Below are positions 1 to 8,269 of a DNA stretch of 32,000 nucleotides, piece after piece; position 1 is the first letter of the stretch, and every line of letters starts with the position of its first letter. Location of the stretch: assembly GCA_965214835.1 (NCBI GenBank), contig CBDCCK010000002.1, positions 3,054,430-3,086,429 of the forward strand, in the 5' to 3' direction. Below the pieces are notes generated by a model. It saw only the letters and a list, made by a program, of their open reading frames with translations, ran no database searches and was not told the origin of the DNA. Source of the DNA: Nitrosopumilaceae archaeon. Lineage in GTDB: Archaea > Thermoproteota > Nitrososphaeria > Nitrososphaerales > Nitrosopumilaceae. The position numbers were made by a program, and so were the translations under genes.

Positions 1-353
1 CATACGCGCAAACTTTGCATTATCTCAAGCAGGCGCGCAAAAAGTGGGGAAAGGTCCTGATGGCGATGGACAACGCAATACAGCACAAGACCAGCAAGGT
101 TCGCAGATACCTAAAGAAAAATCCCGACGTTGTCCTGCCGTACCTGCCGGTAGCCAGGCCGGAGCTGAGCGCCACAGAGGCAGTCTGGAAGGATGCCAAG
201 TACAGGCTGGTCACGCCGGCCTTTTATGACGCGGCGGATCACCTCAAAAGGGCCGTCTCGGAATACTTTAGGACGTGTTCCATCAAGATTGACATCTACA
301 GGTATCTTGAGCGCAGCGTGTAAGGGAGGCGAAATTTTCAATGACCATCAGTA
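1..353 (+). mobile_element. IS630-family insertion sequence, decayed copy running off the left edge (right end present)
   Basis: ORF 15..323 is roughly four-fifths identical by eye to the C-terminus of the 24154..24966 transposase. The right TIR ggcgaaattttcaatgaccatcagta (328..353) matches 24971..24996. Bases 1..20 show deletions relative to the full copy. TA follows at 354..355. Confidence 0.85.
15..323 (+). pseudogene. IS630-family DDE transposase, C-terminal fragment
   Basis: HYLKQ..GKVL.MDNA.QHKT.KVRRYLKKNPDVVL.YLPVARPELS..EAVWKDAKY...HLKRAVSEYFRTCSIK.DIYRYLERS aligns with 24154..24966. The upstream part is out of frame or deleted. Confidence 0.8.
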
Positions 354-410
354 TAGTCCTAATGACGTCTCATGGTTTTCAGGAATTCTGGCGAGCTAGG
401 CTACAACCTG
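354..410 (-). mobile_element. Half copy of the 129-bp MITE-C (see 23306..23434), truncated by the IS630 insertion
   Basis: The reverse complement caggttgtagcctagctcgccagaattcctgaaaaccatgagacgtcattaggac aligns along its length with ggggttgtcgcctaattcgtcagaatttctgaaaatcatacgatgttatccggac of the full MITE. The break is exactly at the MITE's internal CTAG. Confidence 0.6.
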
Positions 411-549
411 CTTTGCATGTGCAAATCATCCGCACCGGACGCAAGATGGGATGGGATGCCCGCCTTCTGGCTATTCAGGCGGCATGGCGCAAGTGGCAGT
501 GACAGCGATCCCCCATTTCAGCACCATCAAAGGCTAGCGGCACCGCGCA

Positions 550-1842
550 GTGGCAGAATTATATCCCAGAGTCTTGCACAAGAACCGATTGGAAAGGCTG
601 GAGTTTGACTTGGTAGTCGTCGGGGGAGGGCCGGCAGGATCCTCGGCAGCATACGCGGCATCAAAGGCCGGACTGAGGGTCGGACTGGTTGAAAAGGAGT
701 CGTCCATTGCAGAGTCTGTTCGGACCAGCGGCGTCACCTGGATCGAGGAGGTTGAAAGGTACGGAATCCCCGAGGACTGCTACAACCCGGTCAGCAAATT
801 CGTGTTTTGCTCGCCAAACAACAAGGCCAGCATAGGGGACTCGGTTGCGCGCTCCGCGGTGCTAGACGTAAGAAAGACGTACCGGTGGCTGGCATCGGAG
901 GCAGAGTCCGAGGGCGCCCAAATCCACGTCGGCACCTCTGTAAGATCTGCAATCAAGGACGGGTCCGGCAGGATAGCAGGGGTCAGGGCCACAAGGCGTG
1001 GGGGCGAGGTAGAGTTCCACGGCAGGATGGTCATAGACGCAAGCGGTTTTCAGTCAACCGTCGCAAGATCGCTTGGACTGGTCGGGCAGTGGAGAAGGTT
1101 CGGGGCCGGTGCAGAGTACGAGGCAAGGGTGGAGCATGTGGATCCGGACACGTGGTGGCTGATGGTTGGGCAAAAGTACTCTCCGGCCGGATACGCCTGG
1201 ATTTTTCCACTAGACGGCAGGACTGCAAGAATCGGCGTGGGCATCGGAAAGCCGGACTCCCAGGTGGATCCCGCTGCAAGGCTTGATGAGCTCATAGAAA
1301 ACAGGGAGGGGCCGATCGCGGATCTTGGAAGAATCGAGCCAATAGAGTTCCATTACGGGCTGATACCAAATGACGGCCTTGCAAGAAGGACGGTCTATGA
1401 CAACCTGATCCTCGTGGGGGACGCCGCAGGCCAGGCAAACCCCCTGGTTCTGGAGGGAATACGCTACGCCATAAGATTCGGCAGGATAGCAGGGGAGGTG
1501 GCATCAAGGGCGGTAAATGCAGGCGACACGTCCGAGGGGGGGCTGGCAGAGTACGAGGAGCGCTGGAAGAAGGAAATCGGATCCAAGGTGGCCTCGGCGG
1601 GGAGGGTGCAGGAGAGGTGGATGGGACTGACCGATGAGGAATGGGACAGGGAGCTTGACATAATCGGCGAGCTCAGGCCCGGGGAGTTCCTGGACTTTAT
1701 CAGGGCCGACTTTGGACTGCCGGACATGCTAAGGCTTGCGGCCAGCCATCCAAAGCTGGCAGTCAGGCAGCTGTTCTCCATGGTCAAAAATGCCGCAGGA
1801 TCCATGGGACGCAACAGCTCGGGCTCTGGAGGCCATTCCTGA
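550..1842 (+). CDS. Geranylgeranyl reductase family FAD-dependent oxidoreductase (archaeal lipid saturation type)
   Basis: 430-aa ORF. It has the N-terminal FAD Rossmann motif DLVVVGGGPAGSSAAYAASKAGLRVGLVEKE and a later LVGDAAGQANPLVLEGIRYA motif typical of GGR/FixC-like flavoproteins. Confidence 0.85.
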   Translation: MAELYPRVLHKNRLERLEFDLVVVGGGPAGSSAAYAASKAGLRVGLVEKESSIAESVRTSGVTWIEEVERYGIPEDCYNPVSKFVFCSPNNKASIGDSVARSAVLDVRKTYRWLASEAESEGAQIHVGTSVRSAIKDGSGRIAGVRATRRGGEVEFHGRMVIDASGFQSTVARSLGLVGQWRRFGAGAEYEARVEHVDPDTWWLMVGQKYSPAGYAWIFPLDGRTARIGVGIGKPDSQVDPAARLDELIENREGPIADLGRIEPIEFHYGLIPNDGLARRTVYDNLILVGDAAGQANPLVLEGIRYAIRFGRIAGEVASRAVNAGDTSEGGLAEYEERWKKEIGSKVASAGRVQERWMGLTDEEWDRELDIIGELRPGEFLDFIRADFGLPDMLRLAASHPKLAVRQLFSMVKNAAGSMGRNSSGSGGHS

Positions 1843-1919
1843 CTTTAGGCACGGATTGCACTCGATCGGGTTTCCGGGGGGCAAAATCCGCACCTGAGAT
1901 TCCAGATCCCTGGCAGCTA

Positions 1920-4877
1920 CTAGGGAACCGTAAAAAAGTCGGTGACGGTCAGGTCGTGATACTGCAGCTGCGCCACATGCACCCCGGACTGGAACGGCCC
2001 GGCCAGCCGCTCGCTGAACATCCCGCCTGCGCTGTCCTTGAGGTGCACGGACTCTACCAGATTCCCCCGCTGATCAAAGATGTCAACGTACAGATCCTCG
2101 CTGAACGCGAGCATCTTCTGAACGGCGCCGGAGAGCAGTAGCGTGTCTCCGTCAAGATGGGCGTCAATCACCGCAGAGCGGTGCCTGACGGGCAGATAAC
2201 GCTCGATGAACCGCTCAAGATCCTCCAGCCTGTCACCTACAAGCAGGTCGTTTCGCTCTGAAAGACCCAGCCTGATCTGCTGCATGGCATCTATGATTCT
2301 CGGATTGTCGTGCTGCGAGCCCCCAAACTCCTTGACAAAGCCCTCCAGCTCCATGAACTCCCTTGCCAGCTCCACAGAGTCAAGCTCGGCTAGGCGCGGC
2401 GTATACTGGACATCATCCACAATGTTGGCTATCTGCGATGCCTGCATGTTCTGATACTGCAACATTACGACGTACAGTCCGGGGTCAGTCGGCGCCACCC
2501 ACTGGGTAAAGAAGTTTCCCTGCCTCGTGTCTGTAAACTCCAGAAAGCTGTGCATGTCTCCGTTCATGTCGTATATCGTAACGTACAGGTTCTCGCGCCT
2601 GTCCATTATCTGCTTTTCTACCGCACCCTGCAGCGTCCAGATGTCTCTCTCAGGGCTGTACGAAATATCGTACATTATGCCCGCGCTCCTCAGTGGCAGG
2701 TGCTCTGCCAGGTACTGGCCTATGGACTTGATTTTTTGGTCGACGTCTATAAAGTTGCCATACTCGATCAGATCATATGCCTCGTCCATCATCTGGTGGT
2801 ATTGCTCAGAATGTGCGTCAAAGTCAGAGTTGTAAAACGAGGACACCACGCTAGAGTACGCCTCGAGCTGTTCCCTGAACTTTATCCTCTGGAGCTCGTC
2901 TATGGAATAGCCAACATCTGAGCTGTGCGGATCATCAGAGTACGCGCCAGATATGAGCCTCCATTCGGCAAACAGCTCGCGGACAAGGTGATCGGCGGCC
3001 TCGAGATCGTTTTGCATTACCAGGCCCCTGGCACCGTCCAGCCTGTTTTTGATCGAGTCGGTAAAGTCGGTAAAGCCCGGCAGGAACTGGTTTTTGCGCA
3101 GGCTCAGGTCGGCAAGGTTTTCTATTGATTTGGCACGCTGCAGTATGTCGGCTGCCTTTGTCTCACTGTCGGACTGGGCGCCCTCTTCCAGATCAGAGCG
3201 TATGGAGGGGGCAATCCTGCTTGCCCAGGATAGCAGCAGCTCAGAGCGGTCTATTTTTGAGGAGGCTGCCGAAGAGCCGGCCTGCTCTGCAGAGTGTATT
3301 GCCTGCAGGGCCTGGTTAATCAGTATCAGGTTCTTGTGATCTGCCTGCAGCTCCGCCTTTTGTTTTAGCCGCTCAAACTCAAGCTTCATGGAGATGGTGG
3401 GGTGGCGCGTGTCACGAAGCTCGGAGATGTGCGCATCAAACGTAGAGACCACCAAGAGGATCTCGTCGATTGTCGTGGCGTCATTTACGTCCCGCATCAG
3501 CGACTCCCATTCTGCAACGTTCTCGGCGCCGGTGTCCTGGGCGATTTCCAGGGACTTTGACAGTCGTGAGGAGATCTCAATTACGTCCTTCATGTCCCGG
3601 ATATCGTCCCGGGAGTCCAGTATGTCCCCCGTCGAGGAGGCAAACTCCAGCTGGGACGAAAGCGAGTCCCATGTCGGCTTTATGATGTTTGCAAGATCAG
3701 AGTTTTCTGCCTCATCAGATGAGATAAACCGGTCAACCGTGTCCAGGTTGCGCAAGAGTAGCGCGGCCGCATGCAGCTTGTCCACATCGGATTTTGATTC
3801 CAAGAGATCGCCAATACTGGTCTTTTCAGGCAGAAGGATGCGCAGCGTGTTCCAGTCGGAGCTTACCAGCCGGTACAGGGGAGTGTCCTTTCTGGATACG
3901 ATATCCAGGTAGCGGGACTTTGAGAGCATGTCCACCAGATCGGATATGTCATCTGAGAACAGCGGAGCGGTTCCGCGTGCCAGGATGAAGGCGATCTCCT
4001 CTTTGACCTCACGGTTCATCACGGTGTCGGTTTTTGTCATCAGGTTAAGCAGGGTCTCCTCCAGCTCTGAAAATGTCAGTTGCCGCGGCTCGGCTTTGAC
4101 AGGATTGACGTTTTTGAGCTGCTCGAATGCGTCGTTGATGTGCAAGACTGCACGCCCGGTGTCCCCCATCTCATAGTAAAATATCGCAGAATATACAGAA
4201 CGGTCTATCTGGTCGGAGATCTTAAAGCCGATCTCCCCGGATTCCAAAAGAGCCTCGTTTGAATCGATTGCGGTGCTTACAGCCGGGCGAAATATCGGAT
4301 CCACGCCAAGTATCGCATCCTCGATTAAAAACTGATCCCACAAGTCAACATACAGGGCCTCAAGCTCCGAAAGGGTCGCCGCAGAGTCAAGCCTTGCCTG
4401 GTATCCGGACAGATCCAGGTCGGAGGCGTCGGCCACTGACTGGATTTTCTGGCCAGTCAGCTCCATGGCACGGTCATAAAGCAGTGAATCGCTCGGGGTA
4501 GCATAAGCCCCAGAGACTGAGAATGTAGATGATTTGGTATGATCGCCATAAAAGAGCCTCAGATCGTAGCTGCCCTCAATGCCGCAGACGCCTCCAGACA
4601 GCGAGATCGGGTCGGTCAGAAACACGCCGTTGGACAGTGTGGTCAGCTGCTGGATATGGCACAGATCGCCATTGGGATTTGTGATCTGCAGCACCAAGAA
4701 TGCATCAGGAAGGACGCTGGCCACGGCTCCAAAGACAAACATACTCTCCCCGCTCTGGTAGGTTCCCAAGTTGTCCAAGATGGCAATACGTTCCGATGTT
4801 TGCGCAAATGCGTTTGCAGGCGTCAGTAGGACGGCGAATAATATCGACACTGTTAGCAGGCGTCTCACGGTAATCAC
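1920..4877 (-). CDS. Large secreted protein of unknown function (three related beta-rich modules plus a long acidic helical region)
   Basis: 985-aa ORF with signal peptide MITVRRLLTVSILFAVLLTPANAFAQ. The + strand ORFs over it are shadow ORFs. Confidence 0.85.
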   Translation of the reverse strand: MITVRRLLTVSILFAVLLTPANAFAQTSERIAILDNLGTYQSGESMFVFGAVASVLPDAFLVLQITNPNGDLCHIQQLTTLSNGVFLTDPISLSGGVCGIEGSYDLRLFYGDHTKSSTFSVSGAYATPSDSLLYDRAMELTGQKIQSVADASDLDLSGYQARLDSAATLSELEALYVDLWDQFLIEDAILGVDPIFRPAVSTAIDSNEALLESGEIGFKISDQIDRSVYSAIFYYEMGDTGRAVLHINDAFEQLKNVNPVKAEPRQLTFSELEETLLNLMTKTDTVMNREVKEEIAFILARGTAPLFSDDISDLVDMLSKSRYLDIVSRKDTPLYRLVSSDWNTLRILLPEKTSIGDLLESKSDVDKLHAAALLLRNLDTVDRFISSDEAENSDLANIIKPTWDSLSSQLEFASSTGDILDSRDDIRDMKDVIEISSRLSKSLEIAQDTGAENVAEWESLMRDVNDATTIDEILLVVSTFDAHISELRDTRHPTISMKLEFERLKQKAELQADHKNLILINQALQAIHSAEQAGSSAASSKIDRSELLLSWASRIAPSIRSDLEEGAQSDSETKAADILQRAKSIENLADLSLRKNQFLPGFTDFTDSIKNRLDGARGLVMQNDLEAADHLVRELFAEWRLISGAYSDDPHSSDVGYSIDELQRIKFREQLEAYSSVVSSFYNSDFDAHSEQYHQMMDEAYDLIEYGNFIDVDQKIKSIGQYLAEHLPLRSAGIMYDISYSPERDIWTLQGAVEKQIMDRRENLYVTIYDMNGDMHSFLEFTDTRQGNFFTQWVAPTDPGLYVVMLQYQNMQASQIANIVDDVQYTPRLAELDSVELAREFMELEGFVKEFGGSQHDNPRIIDAMQQIRLGLSERNDLLVGDRLEDLERFIERYLPVRHRSAVIDAHLDGDTLLLSGAVQKMLAFSEDLYVDIFDQRGNLVESVHLKDSAGGMFSERLAGPFQSGVHVAQLQYHDLTVTDFFTVP

Positions 4878-4923
4878 GATCTAAACCACCTTACTTAAGC
4901 TTTAAGCACGACTTGCACGCCTA

Positions 4924-5956
4924 TTTCATATGATAATTAGTTCCGCCTAACATTTGTATCCTTCATCCATTTGGGGTCGCTTTTCCTGATCGCTTTTGTG
5001 GCCTCCCGGCTCCGGAACGCCATCCTGGGCGTCTCGGCATGCTTGATGTCAAGCGACCAGTGCGTCCTGCGCTCGTTGTAGAACTCGATGAACTCGTCTA
5101 CTTTGTCAAAGTGCGTCAGCTCCTTCTCAAGCGTTCCGAACCACCTCTCCAGCTTGCCGTTGGTCTGCGGATGGTACGGACGTGAGTTGAGCAGAGTGAT
5201 GTTGCGCTCCAACAGCTCGTCCTCAAACAGCGTGGGCATCCAGCTGCCCCCGGGGGGTGCCGCGCCTGGCCGACGTAAAGCAGCTGCCGTTGTCCGAGAG
5301 TATCTGGGCCGGCGTCCCGAACTCCCGGATGGCCCTGCGCAGCACCAAGACTGCGTTCTCCGATGTCGCGTGCTCAAATACGCCGAATCCGGTTATGCAC
5401 CGCGAAGAATCGTCAAGATACGCCTGCCAGATTGAGCTTTTGTAGGCGTGGATCCTTCATTTCGTGCCAGTCTGTGTGCCACATTGTGTTGTAATACATG
5501 CGCTCATAGCGCAGCCATTTGAGCTGTCTGGATCTTCCTGGCGAGCTGCCCGTGATTCCCTCGGCCTTCATGATCCCGTATACCTAATAGTAGCTTATCT
5601 GCCTGCGGCCCTCATGCGCAATGCCAGCCGCTCCGCACCCGACGGCATCTGGGAATATGCGTCAAGGACCGCCCTGACATCCCCGGGATCCATGCCCATG
5701 CCGGGCCTTCCTGCCCCGTTCTGCGGCAGGACCGTGCCGGATCTACGGAACCTGGCCCATATCTTCCCGACGTACCTGTCGCTGATGCCCAGCTCCCGGG
5801 CTATCTGCCTTGCAGGCACGCCCTTTTTTCTCTGCCTTTCTATGTACCGGAGCGACTTTTTCCCCAATCTTTTCCTCGCATTTTTTGATCGGTACAGCCT
5901 GAAATAATCCTTCAAAGTACGCCTGATCTTAGGCGGAACTAATTTTCGTATGATAG
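4924..5956 (-). mobile_element. Decayed insertion sequence with rve (integrase-core) DDE transposase, IS481-like
   Basis: Terminal inverted repeats: 4921..4950 ctatttcatatgataattagttccgcctaa versus 5929..5956 ttaggcggaactaattttcgtatgatag (16 bp perfect, about 25 bp imperfect). They enclose a fragmented transposase. Confidence 0.75.
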
Positions 5957-5969
5957 AGTACGTGGTCAT
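4937..5969 (-). pseudogene. rve-type DDE transposase, disrupted by an in-frame stop and frameshifts
   Basis: HTH ORF 5595..5969 (GVPARQIARELGISDRYV). Across 5377..5600 the frames read WHTDW and LSDNGSCF only after frame changes and a TAG. C-terminal ORF 4937..5377 carries PYHPQTNGKLERW. Confidence 0.75.
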
Positions 5970-6045
5970 CTGCCCCTAGCAATCATGTACGGATCTGCCT
6001 GCATCTGTGATCTTCATGCCCAGATAGGAGGACGTGACTTCAATT
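5958..6045 (+). mobile_element. MITE-A copy (about 90-bp palindromic element, TIR GTAyGnGGTCAyCTGCCCCT)
   Basis: Left arm gtacgtggtcatctgcccctagc and right arm gataggaggacgtgacttc. Homologous to 8114..8205 and 16744..16834. Confidence 0.6.
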
Positions 6046-6116
6046 CTGGCTAGGGGTTATCCTATTGCCCTCCTTGCTACCGTATAATACGGTACTTTTA
6101 TATCATATTTGATCGC

Positions 6117-6314
6117 ATGTATGGCATGCAAAATACAGCATTCCTTCAAAGAATGGCCTACGCAAAATCCTCTGCACGAGAAGTCAGATGCCATGTATGT
6201 GGGAGTGTTTGGAGGACGGATTTTCAATCACCGCCAAATCATTGCGAAATGACACTCCAGTGTTTTGCGACATTCGTTACAAGATGCAGTATAAGTGAGG
6301 GCAAGCCATCATGA
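6117..6314 (+). CDS. Small hypothetical protein (possible CxxC motif)
   Basis: 65-aa ORF whose stop overlaps the next start in ATGA (6311..6314). Contains CHVCG. No recognisable family. Confidence 0.3.
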   Translation: MYGMQNTAFLQRMAYAKSSAREVRCHVCGSVWRTDFQSPPNHCEMTLQCFATFVTRCSISEGKPS

Positions 6315-6697
6315 ACCCGCAGGACGATTCAAGAAGATTTAGGGAGATTGTGATGGACAACTCCTTTCTGATTGCAATAGTCGCGACAGGGGGAGTCATT
6401 CTGTCAGCTGGGTTGGATCCGTTTCGCTCAGAGATGCTGCAGGCCTTGGGAGGTGCCTTTATTATCGCCGGCTCCGTAGGAATATACATGATGCTGGCAA
6501 CGCGCCGGGTAGTAAGGAGCCTTCACAATCGGTTTGACGCACTCGATGATGCCCTGAAAACCCATACTGAAATCCTCAAGGAAATGGCCTCATCCCAGAA
6601 GGAAATGGCCTCATCCCAGAATCAAAACCATAGCGAGATGATTGGTGTCATGACAAGGGTGATCTCCTCCTTGGAAAGGATAGAGAAAAAACTCTGA
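6311..6697 (+). CDS. Small membrane protein with C-terminal coiled-coil-like tail
   Basis: 128-aa ORF with two hydrophobic helices (FLIAIVATGGVILSAGL, ALGGAFIIAGSVGIYMMLA) followed by a charged helical tail. Contains a tandem KEMASSQ duplication. Confidence 0.6.
   Translation: MNPQDDSRRFREIVMDNSFLIAIVATGGVILSAGLDPFRSEMLQALGGAFIIAGSVGIYMMLATRRVVRSLHNRFDALDDALKTHTEILKEMASSQKEMASSQNQNHSEMIGVMTRVISSLERIEKKL
6581..6622 (+). repeat. Tandem 21-bp duplication inside the CDS (KEMASSQ x2)
   Basis: gaaatggcctcatcccagaag followed directly by gaaatggcctcatcccagaat. Confidence 0.9.
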
Positions 6698-7083
6698 TGT
6701 GCTGTAAAACATCCCTACACTGCAAGACAGGAGGCTGAAAACCATGGTATGTAACTATCTTCCCAAGTGTTTCTTTTTGAACTTCTCTTGTAGTGCAAGA
6801 CAGGAGGTTGAAAGGAAGTTTGGATTTCGTAATGTGAGCGGGATAACCAGCCGCAGTCATGGTGCAGAACGTGTAGGAAATCATAGCAACGTAACACAAT
6901 ATCGGCATTACCAACAGCCATAATTAGCATCTGAAACGAGTGTTGACGTAACAGATCGGGCCCTGGAAGTTCAGGCATGAGTCTTATCACCGAAGATGCA
7001 TTCGCAGATGTAATTCATGCCTAAAGTCGTAAATCACTTCGAGTCTGAGCTGTTACAAACAAAGAGCAGTTGGAGACGACGGG

Positions 7084-7614
7084 TCAGCACCCATAGGATT
7101 GTGCCCATTCTGATGTCGCAAACTCACTGGCACTGCAAAGATCAGTGGGAAGATAGCCGTTGCCAGAGTCCAGCAGCGCCTGGTTTAGGTTCTGGCCGTT
7201 GCAGTATACGGCACCGACGATTCTTCCATAGCTGCCCTCCTGCTGTCCGTCATCCTCGTCAACCAGGACAGTCGAGCCGACAGGGCATGCGCCTTTTATG
7301 AACAGCGTGGCAGCCTCCCCTCCGTCCTCGTATTTCTCAGGTGCAAAGGACAGGGCAAGGCGAACCGACTGCCCGTCGACTTTGAGCGTATCGCCATCCA
7401 CGATCTCAGTGACCTGGCCTGAAAGGCACCTGGCCTCGCCGCTGCACTGAAACGTTCCGGGAATGGTAAACGCAAACATCACCCCGATCACGGCAAGCAT
7501 GATCGGGATGACTGCAAGCTGTTTTGGCTTCACACAGCATGGTGGCTTTACAAAAACAAAAGAATTTCCATCATGGAAAAATCCAAGGACAAGACTGCTT
7601 TCAAAGCAGGACAT
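7084..7614 (-). CDS. Membrane-anchored or secreted staphylococcal-nuclease (SNase/OB-fold) homologue with a variant active site
   Basis: VDGDTLKV...VRLALSFAPE...GSYGRIVGAVY...NLNQALLDSGNGY follows the SNase pattern, preceded by the hydrophobic anchor LAVIPIMLAVIGVMFAF. The longest ORF extends to 7686. The start at 7614 (M25) or 7500 is uncertain. Confidence 0.7.
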   Translation of the reverse strand: MSCFESSLVLGFFHDGNSFVFVKPPCCVKPKQLAVIPIMLAVIGVMFAFTIPGTFQCSGEARCLSGQVTEIVDGDTLKVDGQSVRLALSFAPEKYEDGGEAATLFIKGACPVGSTVLVDEDDGQQEGSYGRIVGAVYCNGQNLNQALLDSGNGYLPTDLCSASEFATSEWAQSYGC

Positions 7615-7731
7615 GGCAGGCGGGGAGGGCTGCGGGGCCAGCGGCATACGGCATGGCGGGGGATTTTGCAGGTCTTGGCGCCGCACATGCCATAGTATGT
7701 AATATCACATACAGTTGAAAATCAAACATTT

Positions 7732-7782
7732 GTACGAGGTCACCTGCCCCCATCAGCCAGGCACGAATTAGCGACCTAGTAC
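7732..7782 (+). mobile_element. MITE-A short copy
   Basis: gtacgaggtcacctgcccccatcagccaggcacgaattagcgacctagtac. Both arms are related to the 8114 and 16744 copies, with the interior shortened. Confidence 0.5.
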
Positions 7783-7791
7783 GATCTTTTA

Positions 7792-7900
7792 GCAACAGCT
7801 CGGGCTCGAAGTTGTTCCTGATTTCAGGCACGAATCTGCTCAAGGGGGATCCTCGAGGTGGCAAAACTCACACCTGAACTTCCAGAGCACGAGCTGCTAC
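7792..7900 (+). mobile_element. MITE-B: 109-bp element made of the fused left and right ends of the IS66-family element at 25017..26853
   Basis: gcaacagctcgggctcgaagttgttcctgatttcaggcacgaatctg aligns to 25017..25065. ctcaagggggatcctcgaggtggcaaaactcacacctgaacttccagagcacgagctgctac aligns to 26793..26853. Confidence 0.7.
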
Positions 7901-8113
7901 AAAAAAGCAAAGGTCACATGTTGTTTGTACTGGGTAACAGAGTCGAAGTTTTGATCAGGCTTGATCGTGATGGCAAAGAATTGTACTTTATGGATTGTAA
8001 CGATATTGGTACGCTGTAGCTAATTCTCGGAGATTATATGATGTGGCGTATCAAGTAAAAGGAATGATTTGATTGAATTTACTCTGATCCGTAAGCAGTG
8101 AATCGTCGTTATT

Positions 8114-8205
8114 GTGCATGGTCACCTGCCCCTGCCAACCAGGCGCGAATTGGCATGTATGACTATGGTTTTTGTGCCTGCCAATAAGGGGGCGTGATAT
8201 CGTAC
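8114..8205 (+). mobile_element. MITE-A copy
   Basis: gtgcatggtcacctgcccctgcc...aataagggggcgtgatatcgtac. The interior (ggcgcgaattggcatgta...) aligns with 16744..16834. Confidence 0.65.
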
Positions 8206-8269
8206 GATCATTTTTCATCAAAGTATGCCCGCCCTGGGGGTTTCGCATCGGTGATGCCAATGCAGTACA

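Noticed and set aside
411-540. Possible IS5-like transposase remnant next to the MITE half copy
   Set aside because: The similarity (…QVVA-stop) comes from the MITE TIR itself. Beyond 410 I could not sustain an alignment.
807-4829. Many 60-175 aa ORFs overlapping the GGR gene and the 985-aa gene on either strand
   Set aside because: They lie in alternative frames of strongly supported long genes, with biased low-complexity composition and no motifs.
6648-6990. Minus-strand ORFs of 88 and 91 aa
   Set aside because: They overlap each other and are built around the 20-bp repeated motif. No start context or motifs support them.
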